Below, in pieces: positions 48,130 to 61,095 of a DNA stretch of 64,000 bases. Positions within the stretch are counted from its first letter, which is position 1. Every line of letters begins with the position of its first letter. The notes under the pieces are model-generated. The model was given only the letters and a program-made list of their open reading frames with translations. It did no database searches and was not told the origin of the DNA. The position numbers and the translations under genes are program-made. Source of the stretch: an uncultured Acidimicrobiia bacterium (GTDB taxonomy: Bacteria > Actinomycetota > Acidimicrobiia > Acidimicrobiales > JACDCH01); NCBI GenBank assembly GCA_963840695.1, contig CAWIZW010000012.1, positions 86,010-150,009 on the forward strand, written 5' to 3'.

Positions 48130-48750
48130 ATGTGTTCCGATGCTGACGTCTCGGGGGGCGGCGGCGGCGGGCAGTCGCGGGTGTGGCCAGCGGCCATCGC
48201 CATCGCCGCCTTGGTGGTCACGGCCTGCGTCGACGACCTCGAGGCTCTGCTCGGCGTGATTGAAGCCGAGCCGCCCTACGTACTGGTGGGCTTCTCGATG
48301 GGCGGCATCTTCACCCAGGTCTACGCCGCGACCCATCCCGACGACGTCGCGGGTTTGGTGCTGGTCGAGTCGAACCATCCCGACGAAGCACATCAGTTCG
48401 AAGCTCACCTCACGGCGGAGCAGATCGAGGCTGACCGGGCGGCGGCGGCGGCAAACCCTGAGGGCATCGACATCCTCGCCAGCTTCGACGAGGCGGCCGC
48501 GCCTCTCCCGGACGTGCCGCTCGTGGTCGTGACCGCGACCGAGGGTGGCGCCGACTGGCCTCCTGGTTGGGACCCTGCCGTGTTCGATCGTCTGCGTGCC
48601 GAGCAACAGGCTGACCTCGCGAGCCCGCGTGCCGAGAGGCGAGCAGATCTTCGCCGACGGCAGCGGACACCAGGTCCCGAACGAGCGGCCGGGCGTTGTC
48701 GTTGACGCCGTCGAGCTGGTGCTCGCCCAGCTCGAGGACTGGACGCGAAC
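48130..48750 (+). pseudogene. Alpha/beta-hydrolase-like gene lacking the N-terminal third of the fold; frameshift near 48640; 3' end unresolved
   Basis: ORF 48130.. carries a possible lipobox (IAIAALVVTAC), followed directly by DDLEALLGVIEAEPPYVLVGFSMGG (nucleophile elbow). ORF 48545.. carries IFADGSGHQVPNERPGVVVDAVELVL (catalytic His region). The oxyanion-hole strands are absent. Codon usage is visibly less GC3-rich than upstream. Confidence 0.5.
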
Positions 48751-48790
48751 TACCTCGGTCCCCGGCGTTCCCTCGAGCGGACGTGGCTTC

Positions 48791-49348
48791 CTACAGAGGG
48801 CGGTAGCGGAGGTGTACGACGCCGTTGCTGAATCGGCGCTCGTCGAGGAGCTCGAGCTCGGCGCGCGTGTCGGTTGGCAGCGCCGGCTTGCCCCCACCGA
48901 GGACGACGGGCCAGATGAACAGCTGGCACTCGTCGACCAGCCCGGCCTTGAAAGCCTGTGCCGCGAGGTTCGGACCTCCCACGATGAGATCGCTTCTGGC
49001 CGCGGCCTTCAGGTCGTGTACTGCGCTGGGGTCGAAGCGGCGTTCGAGCCGGGTGTTGGCGGTTGACGCCGCGGCCAGGGTCGTGGAGTAGACGATCTTG
49101 TCCGCCGCCTGCCAGACGTTCGCGAAGTCGCTCATGAGGTCCGACTGCGCGGCAAGGGTGGCGTCGGTTTCCCAGACGGCCATCGTGTCGTACATGCGCC
49201 GCCCGTAGAGGTAGGTGCCGGCGGACCGCATGAGGTCGGTGATGAACGCGAACACGTCGTCGTTCGGTGGGGCCCAGTCGAAGGCGCCGCGTTCGTCCTC
49301 GGTACAGCCGTCGAGGGACATGTTCGACGCGTAGATCAGTTTGGCCAT
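48791..49348 (-). CDS. Dihydrofolate-reductase-family protein (RibD C-terminal domain type)
   Basis: ORF track, 185 aa, intact: MAKLIYASNMSLDGCTEDERGAFDWAPP...GTYLYGRRMYDTMAVWE...DLIVGGPNLAAQAFKAGLVDECQLFIWPVVLGGGKP. Confidence 0.8.
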   Translation of the reverse strand: MAKLIYASNMSLDGCTEDERGAFDWAPPNDDVFAFITDLMRSAGTYLYGRRMYDTMAVWETDATLAAQSDLMSDFANVWQAADKIVYSTTLAAASTANTRLERRFDPSAVHDLKAAARSDLIVGGPNLAAQAFKAGLVDECQLFIWPVVLGGGKPALPTDTRAELELLDERRFSNGVVHLRYRPL

Positions 49349-49483
49349 TGCCGCTCCTACATCGCCGCCGACGCATCTCGACGACCTTGTGTCCGACCGT
49401 AGTGGGCGGGGCTGCGCGAGGTTGATGGTGCGGTGGAGCGCGACGTCGAGGTCCTGGCCCGTTGAGCGGCGGGGGGTCGGGAC

Positions 49484-49840
49484 CTAGCCGGAAGCCCAGG
49501 CGATGGCGTCGGCTCGCTCCGCCATCGGGAAGTGCTTCACATCGCCGGGCGTCATCCACCCGAACCACTCGACGCCGTTGCGCATCCAGTCCACGTCGGT
49601 GACGAGGGCGATGCGCTTCCACTTCCCCCAGTGCTCGACGCCCATCTTGAGGTCCTGCCAGAGCGCACCGCCGGAGAAGCCGTCGAACTTCGGCATCACG
49701 ATCACGATGCGCACCTCCCCGGTGGCGCTGGCCTTCTGCAAGGCAGGGAGAAGCACGTCGCGGTAGTCCTCGGGAGTGAGTTCGCCGGACACCTCGAACC
49801 CGATGACGCCGTCGGGAAGGTCAGCGATCGCGTTGAGCAC
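49484..49840 (-). CDS. STAS/SEC14-like (SpoIIAA-like, DUF3478-type) domain protein
   Basis: GTG 49840: VLNAIADLPDGVIGFEVSGELTPEDYRDVLLPALQKASATGEVRIVIVMPKFDGFSGGALWQDLKMGVEHWGKWKRIALVTDVDWM. The ORF-track entry starts upstream at 49927. Confidence 0.7.
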   Translation of the reverse strand: MLNAIADLPDGVIGFEVSGELTPEDYRDVLLPALQKASATGEVRIVIVMPKFDGFSGGALWQDLKMGVEHWGKWKRIALVTDVDWMRNGVEWFGWMTPGDVKHFPMAERADAIAWASG

Positions 49841-50442
49841 TTGGGTCTCCCCGTCGAAGGCAGCAGTGGCAAGCCGAATCATCGCGCCCGTTGGACAACT
49901 GGTGCCCGAGTTGCCGCGCCTCATCACAGGAATGCCGATCGGTTCAGGGGTTCGGAGGGCCTTGTCATCGTCTCGTCGGTGAGCAGACAGCTACTCGGCA
50001 AGCTGCGGACGGCGTTCCCTGAGGCCACGTTGTTCGTCGTCGAGGTCGAAGACGGGGCTCATCGACTGGACCTCGCCGGTCCCGTGATGCGTGCTCTTGA
50101 CGCAGGAGCGCACGGATATCTGGTCGCCCGCTCGGTTGATGAACTCGGACAAGCGATCACACGTGCCACGACCGCCGGCGAGCAGGCACTGGCCGTCCGA
50201 GGCGCTTGCAGTTCCTGCGGCTGCAGACGATCAGCTCGATGAGGTTCTCGATGCGATCATCCGGGACCGACCGCGAGCGCAGAGCCCCGGGTCGACTAGC
50301 GCACCTCCTCGGTGGCGGAGGCTGCCGGATGACGCCACATGCGCGACACGCTTCCACGGCAGAACTGCCGCTCTGGGCGCTCGCTTCGGCGGGGGGTCAG
50401 GCGGCGGGACCGGATCTCGGCGACAGGGCCTCGGGCACTCGC

Positions 50443-50790
50443 CTACGGGTTGATGACGAGACTGGCGCCCGCCATCGTGTCGCCATTGGGGTCACGAAGC
50501 GACACCCAGAACGTGCCGGGCTCGAGGCTGGTGACGAAGTCGCGCTCGAGCTCCGCACCCGTCTCGAACGTCGCTCCCGGCTCAAGGGTGGTGTCCTTGA
50601 TGTAGTCACTGTGGCGAATGGACCCGTCGGGGGCATCCACCGTCCAGTACCAACCGGTCGTGTCTCCGGGCTCGTCGCCCAGGTTCGCCAGCGTGCAGTG
50701 GAACGCCACCGCCTGCGGGTTGAGCGCGTCCACTTCGTCGGGAGTGACGCTGGGCGTGCTGTTCGGGTCGTTGGTGATCTGGGCTGGCAT
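50443..50790 (-). CDS. Hypothetical protein (115 aa)
   Basis: ORF track. The composition is protein-like with no low complexity (…AVAFHCTLANLGDEPGDTTGWYWTVDAPDGSIRHSDYIKDTTLEPGATFETGAELERDFVTSLEPGTFWVSLRDPNGD…). I recognise no family. Confidence 0.55.
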   Translation of the reverse strand: MPAQITNDPNSTPSVTPDEVDALNPQAVAFHCTLANLGDEPGDTTGWYWTVDAPDGSIRHSDYIKDTTLEPGATFETGAELERDFVTSLEPGTFWVSLRDPNGDTMAGASLVINP

Positions 50791-50946
50791 CTCGCTCCCG
50801 GGTGCCGGGCAGCGGTCGTCTCCCGCTGTAACGAGGCCGATGCTACCGGCGCCGGCCCGCCCGCATCCTGGCGCCCGCGCACAGGACTGAGCGCCGAACT
50901 TCGCTCAGTCATGCGGTCCGCGTCCTCGCAGGGATACGTTGCGCCG

Positions 50947-51707
50947 ATGCCGGTGTTCGCGTTGTGGAGCGCACCACGAGCACGGTCGACGGCCTTCTTC
51001 CGCTCGATGCTCGAGCGCGGCGACCTGCTCGCTCTCCATGAACCGATCGAAGGCCTGATGTACTTCGGGGACACCGAAGTCGAAGGGCGGACGTTCGAGT
51101 CGCCCGTGTCGCTCCTCGCATGGCTGCGGGAGGAGACCCATGACGTCAGCGTGTTCCTGAAGGAGACGACCGACTCCCGGGTCCGTGAGGTCGTCCTCGC
51201 CGACCGGCGCTTCCTCGCCGAGGCCCGGCACGCGTTCCTCATCCGCCGTCCCGAGGAGATCGCAGCGTCCTTGTACACGCTCACAACGACGTTCGAGCAG
51301 CCGTATCGCGACATGCGCATCGAAGACATCGGGCTCGAGGCGCTGCACGAGCTGCACGCCGCAGTCCACGACGCCGGGGAAACCGCCCGGTCGTCATCGA
51401 CTCCGACGACCTCGTGGCACGACCCGAAGCGACGATGGCGGCATACTGCGCGGCCGTCGAGCTGCCGTTCATCCCTCGGGCGCTCACGTGGGAGCCAGGC
51501 GAACGGCCCGAGTGGCGGCGGTCCGCACGCTGGCACGCCGACGTCAGCGCCAGCTCCGGCTTCGAGCAGCGCGAGCCTCGTTACACGCACACCGTCGAGA
51601 CCTCCGACGAGCTGGCGCGGTTCGCCGCCCACCACGTGCCGTTCTACGAGCAGCTCCACGCGCACCGGCTCGACGTCGCGGCGAGGGAGCCAATGGCGGG
51701 CTCCTGA
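50947..51707 (+). pseudogene. Sulfotransferase-like family protein; one apparent frameshift near 51385
   Basis: MPVFALWSAPRARSTAFFRSMLERGDLLALHEPIEGLMYFG...VFLKETTDSRV...FLIRRPEEIAASLY... is in ORF 50206..51807. VVIDSDDLVARPEATMAAYCAAVELPFIPRALTWEPGERPEWRRSARWHADVS is ORF 51414..51707. The family call rests on remembered pattern only. Confidence 0.5.
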
Positions 51708-51961
51708 CCGATCAGCCGCGTCACCCGTCCCGCTCGGTCCGGGCTCGACATACGAGATCGGGCATCATGCGGGCATTCGGTCGCGCCGCTGGCAACGTGT
51801 CGGCTGAGCGTGCCGGAAACGATCACGCTCAGCCGACACGTTCGATACCGATCTGGCGATCGGTCGCGGGCGCGCCGGCCGGTACCGGGCAGTCTCCGGC
51901 GCGGGCGAGGGAAGCGGACCTACAGTTTCGTCCGGTCCGCGATGGACGGAAGGGGCGACCG

Positions 51962-52234
51962 ATGGGTGACGAGGACACGCATTCGTACGAGATCATGGCG
52001 GGGCAAACCGAGGACGGTGAATCGGTCACCATGTTCGATGCGCCCGGCGAGCACATGCACCACTGGCATGAGGGCACCGCTCCCGAGGGCAGCCGGATCG
52101 TCGGCGACCAGGACGGCAACATGGTGGTATGGAACGGCGAGACCGGCGAGGTCACGACGGCCATGCACGTGACCGATCCGGACCACCCTGACGATTCGAT
52201 GTACCAAGTCTCGGAGACCGATCTGGAGTTCTGA
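51962..52234 (+). CDS. Small acidic hypothetical protein (90 aa)
   Basis: ATG 51962 lies within ORF 51185..52234: MGDEDTHSYEIMAGQTEDGESVTMFDAPGEHMHHWHEGTAPEGSRIVGDQDGNMVVWNGETGEVTTAMHVTDPDHPDDSMYQVSETDLEF. Confidence 0.45.
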   Translation: MGDEDTHSYEIMAGQTEDGESVTMFDAPGEHMHHWHEGTAPEGSRIVGDQDGNMVVWNGETGEVTTAMHVTDPDHPDDSMYQVSETDLEF

Positions 52235-52314
52235 CGAGCGGCCCGCTGGGACGCACAAGGACGACGGACTGAATTCAGTCGATCGATACGCCTCATCGGC
52301 ATACGGTCGATGCC

Positions 52315-52820
52315 GTGCGGCGCCCGCCTGCCCCGAACGACTTCGACGGTTGGGTCAGCCAGCTCGGCCACTCGTCCTGTCGGCAACGAGCGAGGCTCCA
52401 CCTGCTGGCGTCGGGGTCGTCGGCGCTGCCGGCACTCCGCCGAGGTCTCCGCCATGCAAACGCAATTGTGCGGCGACAATGCGTGAGGATCTTCGATCAA
52501 CTCGTCGACGAGGGGTCGCTGCCGGATCTGGTCCTCGCCCTGGACGACGAGGATCCGGGCGTTCGGGCCCGGGCGCTCCACGCGTTGGCGTGCGATCGCT
52601 GCAAGCAGAACGAATGTCGCCCCAGCGAGGCCGAGTGGGTGCCGAGGGCGGTCGAGCTGCTCCACCACCCCAACCCCGACCTGCGCGCGGCGGCGATCGA
52701 CGCTCTCGGCAAGGTCGCACCCCGCCGACCCGAGGTCCGCACGCTCCTGCTCGCGACTGCCACGACGGAGAACGACAAGGGGCTGCGGGGCAAGGCGCGG
52801 CGACACGCCTCCCTCGCGCA

Positions 52821-52824
<4 letters not shown>
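52315..52824 (+). CDS. HEAT-repeat (PBS-lyase-like) protein
   Basis: ORF track, 169 aa, intact: ...ALPALRRGLRHANAIVRRQCVRIFDQL...LPDLVLALDDEDPGVRARALHALA...LLHHPNPDLRAAAIDALGKV. Confidence 0.6.
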
Positions 52825-53300
<476 letters not shown>

Positions 53301-53301
53301 C

Positions 53302-53721
53302 GTGACCGCCATGGACATCACCATCCACCAGGCCTACCTCCCGCACGACGACCCCGACGCCGCCCTTGCCTTCTATCGCGACATCCTCGGCTTCGAGGTC
53401 CGCGGCGACGTCGGGTACGAGGGGATGCGCTGGATCACGGTTGGCCCCGCCGATCCGTCCGGCACATCCATCGTTCTGCATCCGCCGGCCGTCGACCCCG
53501 GCATCACCGACGACGAGCGCCGCACCATCGCCGAGATGATGGCCAAGGGCACCTACGCCACCATCAACCTGGCCACCAAGGACCTCGACGGCACCTTCGA
53601 GCAGCTACAGGCCAGCGGGGCCGAGGTCGTCCAGGAGCCGATCGACCAGCCCTACGGGATCCGCGACTGCGCCGTCCGCGATCCCGCGGGCAACCTGCTC
53701 CGCATCCAGGAGCTGCGCTGA
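53302..53721 (+). CDS. VOC-family protein (glyoxalase / bleomycin-resistance fold)
   Basis: ORF track, 139 aa, intact: DPDAALAFYRDILGFEVRGDVGYEGMRWITVGPADPSGTSIVLHPP...ATKDLDGTFEQLQASGAEVVQEPIDQPYGIRDCAVRDPAGNLLRIQE. Confidence 0.8.
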   Translation: MTAMDITIHQAYLPHDDPDAALAFYRDILGFEVRGDVGYEGMRWITVGPADPSGTSIVLHPPAVDPGITDDERRTIAEMMAKGTYATINLATKDLDGTFEQLQASGAEVVQEPIDQPYGIRDCAVRDPAGNLLRIQELR

Positions 53722-53762
53722 GCCGTCCGGCGATCGCCGCCATGACCTGAGATGGAGCCACG

Positions 53763-56154
<2,392 letters not shown>

Positions 56155-56176
56155 CCGAGGCCCTACTCGAGCGGCA

Positions 56177-57041
56177 ATGCCGAACGTTCTGGGTCAGTCT
56201 GGTGGCGTGGGCTCGGTGACACCGGAGCCGTGGGAGACGGCCGAGCGGGACGCGTTCCGGGTGCGCTTCGATGAAGATCCCGATGCCTACGACCGCACCC
56301 GACCCGTCGCGCCCGATTCGGTGTTCGACGAGATCATGCAGCTCGCCGGATTGCGTCCCGGGTCGACGGTTCTGGAGATCGGCCCAGGCACCGGCCAGGC
56401 CACGCGACCATTGGCGGGGCGCGGCGTTCGCATCCTGGCGCTGGAGCTCGGCCCCCGACTCGCCGCTCGAGCGGGCCAGAACCTCGCCGCGTTTCCCGAC
56501 GTCACAGTGAGAGCGACCTCATTCGAGGCGTGGGATCCCGCTCGGCGCGACGTTCGACGCCGTCTTCGCATGCAACTCCTTCCATTGGATCGACCCCGCC
56601 ATCCGCTTCGTCAAGGCAGCCGCGGTGCTGGAGCCGAATGGACATCTCGTCGTGGTCTCCACCCCGGTCGTCGTCCCTGACGGACGCCAGCCAGTTCTGG
56701 TGGGATGTCCAGGACGACTGGGGCGCCGTTGGCGCCGAGCGCGTCGACCCCGCGACCGCGCACCCAGACCGGGTCGATGATCTTCGGTCAGCGGTGCGTG
56801 CGTCCGGGCTCTTCGAGGAGCCCTCGGTCACGCGCCACCGGTTCGACATCTCCCTCACTGCAGAGGAGTACACGACCAATCTGTCGACCCAGTCCGGTGT
56901 CAAGGGGCTTCCCGCCGAGGCGCGAGCCGAACTGGTCGAGCGCATCAGGCGCCGCGTGGAGGCGCACGGAGGAACGCTGACCGTCCATCACCTTGCGGTG
57001 CTGACCGTGGCGAGGTTCAGACGTCCTCGCGCCAAACGTGA
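56177..57041 (+). pseudogene. Class I SAM-dependent methyltransferase; at least 3 frame switches (~56535-56560, ~56680); 3' end unresolved
   Basis: ...FDEDPDAYDRTRPVAPDSVFDEIMQLAGLRPGSTVLEIGPGTGQATRPLAGRGVRILALELGPRLA is ORF 56177... FDAVFACNSFHWIDPAIRFVKAAAVLEPNGHLVVVSTP is in another frame. QFWWDVQDDWGAVGAERVDP...TAEEYTTNLSTQSGVKGLPAEARAELVERIRRRVEAHGGTLTVHHLAVLTVA is ORF 56530... Confidence 0.7.
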
Positions 57042-57992
57042 GCACAACGCTCCCGACCTTGTGACCGCCGTCGACCCGGCGATGCGCCTCGACGATCTGA
57101 GCGAACGGTAGGACCGAATCGATCACCGGCTTCAGCACTCCCTCCTCGGCCAGAGACATGAGGGTTCGGTAGCCGTCGGCGGTCATCGAGGAATCGCCGG
57201 TGCTGGCGCTGATCGTGGCCTTCTGCCATGTCGCCGCGAGCATCTGCCCGAGACCGCCGATGACCATCAGGAAGCGGCCCCCCGGTTTCAGCGAGCCCTT
57301 GACCCACGCGTACGGCGCGTTGCCGTGATTGTCCATGATCACGTCATAGCGCTGTCCGTTGCGCGTGAAGTCGTCGGTCTTGTAGTCGATGACGTGGTCG
57401 GCCCCGAGGCCTCTGACCAGTTCCGCGTTGGCGCCGCTGCACACACCGGTCACCTCGGCGCCCAGGTGCTTGGCGAGTTGCACGGCCATGGTGCCGACCG
57501 CACCGGAGGCGCCGTTGATCAGCAGCGTCTCACCAGGGGCGAGCTTGCCCAGTCGGAAGAAGGTGAGAGCCGTCGTGCCGCCGAAGCAGAGAGCCACGGC
57601 ATCCTGGTAGCTCAGGTTCTCGGGGATCGTGGCGATCGCTCCCTGCTCGGCCACGGTCACGTTTTCGGCGTGGCAGCCGAAGTCGAATCCGCGCGAGACG
57701 ACCACCCTGTCGCCCGGCTGGAAGCGGGTGACCGCGCTGCCCACGGCCTCCACCTGCCCAGCCATCTCGAAGCCCAGGATGGGCTGCTTCGGCTTGGTGA
57801 GGCCGAGCTTCAGCCGCATCGGCAGGCGCAGTCCGCGTGGGACGCGCAGTGCCCTCACTCGGGCGTCGCCGGAATTGACCGTTGTGGCAAGCCCTTGACC
57901 AGCAGCTCGTCGTCCGCGGGCACGGGCGTGGACACGTCGGTGATCTGCACGACCTCGGGCGGCCCGTATCGTTCGCAGACTGCGGCCTTCAT
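57017..57992 (-). pseudogene. Zinc-type alcohol dehydrogenase / NADPH:quinone reductase family; frameshift near 57893 and another near the 3' end
   Basis: Own translation from ATG 57992 gives MKAAVCERYGPPEVVQITDVSTPVPADDELLVKG. It continues in ORF 56788..57999: LATTVNSGDARVRAL...GFEMAGQVEAVGSAVTRFQPGDRV...ETLLINGASGAVGTMAVQLAKHLGAEVTGV...HRRVDGGHKVGSVVLTF. Confidence 0.75.
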
Positions 57993-58031
57993 CGTGCAAC
58001 TGAGTTCAGCACAGGAGGCGAACGGAACTTG

Positions 58032-58247
58032 TCACACGAGGACCGCACCCGCAGCCGCCTCAGGCCGCAGGTGCTCCGATGGCGTTCGTACCGAACGGAT
58101 GGTCGCGTCTGGCTGGTCGACGACCACCACGTGGCCGGCGTCCTCGATCATGCGGAGCGACCAGCCGTGGCTCCGGCTGGCGGCTTCGGCGTGAGAGGGG
58201 TTCATCACGCGGTCCGTGCTCAGCGGCTTGACCTCATAGCCGGCCAT
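58032..58247 (-). pseudogene. C-terminal remnant of an alpha/beta hydrolase gene
   Basis: ORF track, 71 aa. ...HGWSLRMIEDAGHVVVVDQPDATIRSV is the typical last strand, catalytic-His loop and final helix. There is no room for the first ~200 residues before the neighbouring gene's stop at 58301. Confidence 0.45.
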
Positions 58248-58300
58248 CGGCGCAAGCTACCGGCGAGATGCGTCCCGGGCCACGGGCGCGAACGCTCCCA

Positions 58301-58969
58301 TCACCGGTCGAGTGCCGGTTCCTTCCAACGGTTCGCGTAGGTGATCTCGTGCGCTGGGCGGCGGGGCGCCGGCGTGAAGGCGTCGCCGGTATAGAACGCG
58401 ACCGGCAGCAGCGCGATCTGCGTCACGGTCGGCGGGATGCCGAGGATCTCCGCGACCTGCTGTTCGTGGACCAAGTGGAACGTCGTCCAGGCCGAGCCCA
58501 GACCACGAGCTCGGGCGGCGAGCTGGAAGCTCCAGACGCCGGGCGCCACGCTGCCGTGGTAGCCGGCCACCTCGAAGTTCGGCGCGCCCTCGCGCAGCCG
58601 GTCGAGCCGCATCGCGATGACCCACGCAGGCACCTCGGCGAGGTGCTCGACGAGGAACGCCGCTGACTCCACGACGCGCGCCTGTCGGCCCTCGACGTCC
58701 TTCCCGCCCTCGGCGAGGTAGGGCCGGCCGACGGACTGATAGAGCGGCGCGATCTCGGCCTTGACGGCCGGGTCGTCGATGATCATCCAGCGGTTGCGCT
58801 CCTGGTTGCCGCCCATCGGCGCATGGCTGGCGATGTCGATGCACTCGAGCAGCAGCTCGCGCGGCACGGGACGCGAGAGGTCGAGCCGCTTGCGCACCTG
58901 CTTGGTGGTGGTCAGCAGCAGATCGGCGTTGGCGACATCGATGGCAGGCACGCGGCGGACCCTAACCAT
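58301..58969 (-). CDS. Nitroreductase-family protein
   Basis: ATG 58969 lies within ORF 58301..59260: MVRVRRVPAIDVANADLLLTTTKQVRKRLDLSRPVPRELLLECIDIASHAPMGGNQERNRWMIIDDPAVKAEI...GSVAPGVWSFQLAARARGLGSAWTTFHL...IALLPVAFYTGDAF. Confidence 0.8.
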   Translation of the reverse strand: MVRVRRVPAIDVANADLLLTTTKQVRKRLDLSRPVPRELLLECIDIASHAPMGGNQERNRWMIIDDPAVKAEIAPLYQSVGRPYLAEGGKDVEGRQARVVESAAFLVEHLAEVPAWVIAMRLDRLREGAPNFEVAGYHGSVAPGVWSFQLAARARGLGSAWTTFHLVHEQQVAEILGIPPTVTQIALLPVAFYTGDAFTPAPRRPAHEITYANRWKEPALDR

Positions 58970-59022
58970 GGACGTCTCGGAGGCGCAGCTCGATCCCGTC
59001 GAGCCGGATCTTCTGAGGGAGC

Positions 59023-59577
59023 ATGGATGACATGCGTCTGGGCATCTCTGATCATCTCGGCTGGGCCGTTGCCGTGACGGCGTCGGCCGACCACGAGGTC
59101 GTGGACCGTCGGCGCATCGAGCTGATCGAGCCCGGCCTGACGGCAGCACCGATTCACTACGAGAGCCGGCATCTCGATGTCGCCGCCACGGCTGCGCTGG
59201 TCGCGAAGGTGCGAGCGTCGGTCGTTCGGGCGACGTCAGCCGCGCTCGACGAGATCGCAACGGCCCTGCCCGAGCCGATCCTCTCGATCTCGCTCCGCGC
59301 CTGGCCGCTGGACTTCCCCGACGACATCGCCGTCCAACGTCGCGTCCCCTATGAGGCCCGCGCCGACGCCATCATGTATCGCCAGGTGCTCTCCGAGCTC
59401 GCCCACGCCCGTGGCTGGGAAGTCCACCTCTTTGTCGCCAAGGAAGTCGTAGGCCAAGCGGTCCGCATGCTGGCTGAGCGGGCCGACGAGGTCCTGCAGG
59501 GACCTCGGGCCACGATGGGGCCGCCCTGGACGAAGGACCACCGGGTCGCGCTGGCCGCGACGATCGTGGGCGGATGA
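59023..59577 (+). CDS. Hypothetical protein (184 aa)
   Basis: ORF track, intact, protein-like: MRLGISDHLGWAVAVTASADHEVVDRRRIELIEPG...PYEARADAIMYRQVLSELAHARGWEVHLF...PPWTKDHRVALAATI. I recognise no family. An RNase-H-like nuclease fold is only a guess. Confidence 0.5.
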   Translation: MDDMRLGISDHLGWAVAVTASADHEVVDRRRIELIEPGLTAAPIHYESRHLDVAATAALVAKVRASVVRATSAALDEIATALPEPILSISLRAWPLDFPDDIAVQRRVPYEARADAIMYRQVLSELAHARGWEVHLFVAKEVVGQAVRMLAERADEVLQGPRATMGPPWTKDHRVALAATIVGG

Positions 59578-59677
59578 GGCGGTTGCGGTTCGGTGTCTGA
59601 CGAGGGTCTCGACGAGGTGTTCGGCGCCCTGGCTGAGCGAGCCAGGAAGGACGAACGGCTGGAGCGGTACCGGGTGC

Positions 59678-60292
59678 GTGGCCGCGGCCGCGCACGCCCT
59701 CGACGCGTTGCCGCCGGGTTGGTTTCCATCTGGCGCTGCTGAGCGCATCGCGACAGAGGGCGGTTGGTGGCCCGGCGAGTGGGTCTTCCCGACCCTCGAC
59801 AACCTGGTCGTCGAGGTGCTCAACCTCGGCGAGGGCCTCGGAGACCCGGAACCGGAGGTGCGGTGGGTGTTCGCCGGCACCGTGTGGGAGCGGGACTGCT
59901 TCTACACCCCGCTGCTCCGTCAGCGGTCCGCGTCTGCTCCTCTGTTCGGCTTCTCCTCCCAGGCGCTGTGGTCGTCGATGGTGTTCCCGAGCGAGGCGGC
60001 CCTGCTCGAGGCGTTCGTCGTCACGTACGACGAGATGGGGTTCGGCCAGCACGGACTGGTGAATCCGTTCTTCGTGGAGTGGGTGACCAGCCCCCCGGCT
60101 GCCAGTGAGCCTGAAGCAGAGGGGGCCCATCGCGTTCATCGACGATTGGCCGAGTTGTCGACGAGCTGGTCCACAACGCACCGCTGCTGGGTTCCTGGCG
60201 TGATGCCGTTGTTGAGCGAAGGCATCTGGCCAACCGAGGTCGTCGCGACCGTCCTCGGTGTCGAGCCCGCGCGTGTTCACCGACGTCTGTGA
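59678..60292 (+). CDS. Hypothetical protein; may extend 5' to GTG 59593 if one frameshift near 59680 is corrected
   Basis: ORF track, 204 aa. The C-terminal PLLSEGIWPTEVVATVLGVEPARVHRRL looks HTH-like. The upstream frame reads VSDEGLDEVFGALAERARKDERLERYRV and starts 16 nt after the previous stop. Confidence 0.45.
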   Translation: MAAAAHALDALPPGWFPSGAAERIATEGGWWPGEWVFPTLDNLVVEVLNLGEGLGDPEPEVRWVFAGTVWERDCFYTPLLRQRSASAPLFGFSSQALWSSMVFPSEAALLEAFVVTYDEMGFGQHGLVNPFFVEWVTSPPAASEPEAEGAHRVHRRLAELSTSWSTTHRCWVPGVMPLLSEGIWPTEVVATVLGVEPARVHRRL

Positions 60293-60307
60293 CCGTTCGG
60301 CCTCGGC

Positions 60308-61036
60308 TCAGAGCAGCGCCCGGTGGGGCGTCGTCAGCGGGACGGCCAGGTGTCGCGGGCGTGAGCCGACCTCGTCGAGGATCGGTTGCGTGGAGTACTG
60401 GGCGACGAACGCGCGCCGCATGCATCCGGTCGTGTTCGGCCCGCTGCGATGGAAGACGGTGCTGGAGAAGCAGGCGATGCTCCCGGCGGGGAGGATCAGC
60501 GGATCGCCGGGATCGTCGCCGACGTAGCCGATCAGGTCGTTCGTCTCGGGATCGAGGACGTGCTCGACGGCTACTCGCGTCCCGGCCCGCGAGTACGGCA
60601 GGAGCCAGACGGTCCCGTTCTCTGCGTCGACGTCGTCGAGCGGGATCCAGCACGTGAGGTAGGGCTCGTGCGGGTAGCGGATGAAGCCGGAGTCCTGATG
60701 CCAGCCGAAGCGCAGGCCGCGATCGGCGGCCTTCACGACGAACTGCTCGTTGAAGAGGTGGACGGTGTCGCCGAGCGCAGCCCGGGCGAGCTCGACCATG
60801 ACGCCGGAGGTCAGGAACCGCCGGAGGGCGGCGCTGGTGTCGTAGCCGTGCAGGAAGTAGCGCCGCCCGCGGTGATCGAGATCCAGCACGTCGAGGCCGA
60901 GACGATCCATCTCGGCCTCGCGTTCCACGACGAGACGCTGACACTCTCGTCGCAACAAGGCGAGATCCTCAGCCGCCAGCGCGTGCTCGACGACGAAGGA
61001 GCCCTCCTCTCGGAATCGACGGCCGTAGGCGTCCAC
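60308..61036 (-). CDS. Phytanoyl-CoA dioxygenase (PhyH) family 2OG-Fe(II) oxygenase
   Basis: ORF track, 242 aa, intact: ...VHLFNEQFVVKAADRGLRFGWHQDSGFI...YLTCWIPLDDVDAENGTVWLLPYS...GSIACFSSTVFHRSGPNTT...RRAFVAQY. Confidence 0.8.
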   Translation of the reverse strand: MDAYGRRFREEGSFVVEHALAAEDLALLRRECQRLVVEREAEMDRLGLDVLDLDHRGRRYFLHGYDTSAALRRFLTSGVMVELARAALGDTVHLFNEQFVVKAADRGLRFGWHQDSGFIRYPHEPYLTCWIPLDDVDAENGTVWLLPYSRAGTRVAVEHVLDPETNDLIGYVGDDPGDPLILPAGSIACFSSTVFHRSGPNTTGCMRRAFVAQYSTQPILDEVGSRPRHLAVPLTTPHRALL

Positions 61037-61095
61037 GCCCCCATGATCGCGTACACGCCGGGTACGCCAGGAGCGAGGAGCGAGGAGCGGGCACA

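Noticed and set aside
49936-50242. Response-regulator gene on the plus strand (…LFVVEVEDG…ALDAGAHGYLVARSVDELGQAI…)
   Set aside because: Only the alpha4-beta5-alpha5-like part is recognisable. There is no convincing start, no acidic pocket or phospho-acceptor Asp context and no output domain. I mention it as a probable remnant, not as a feature.
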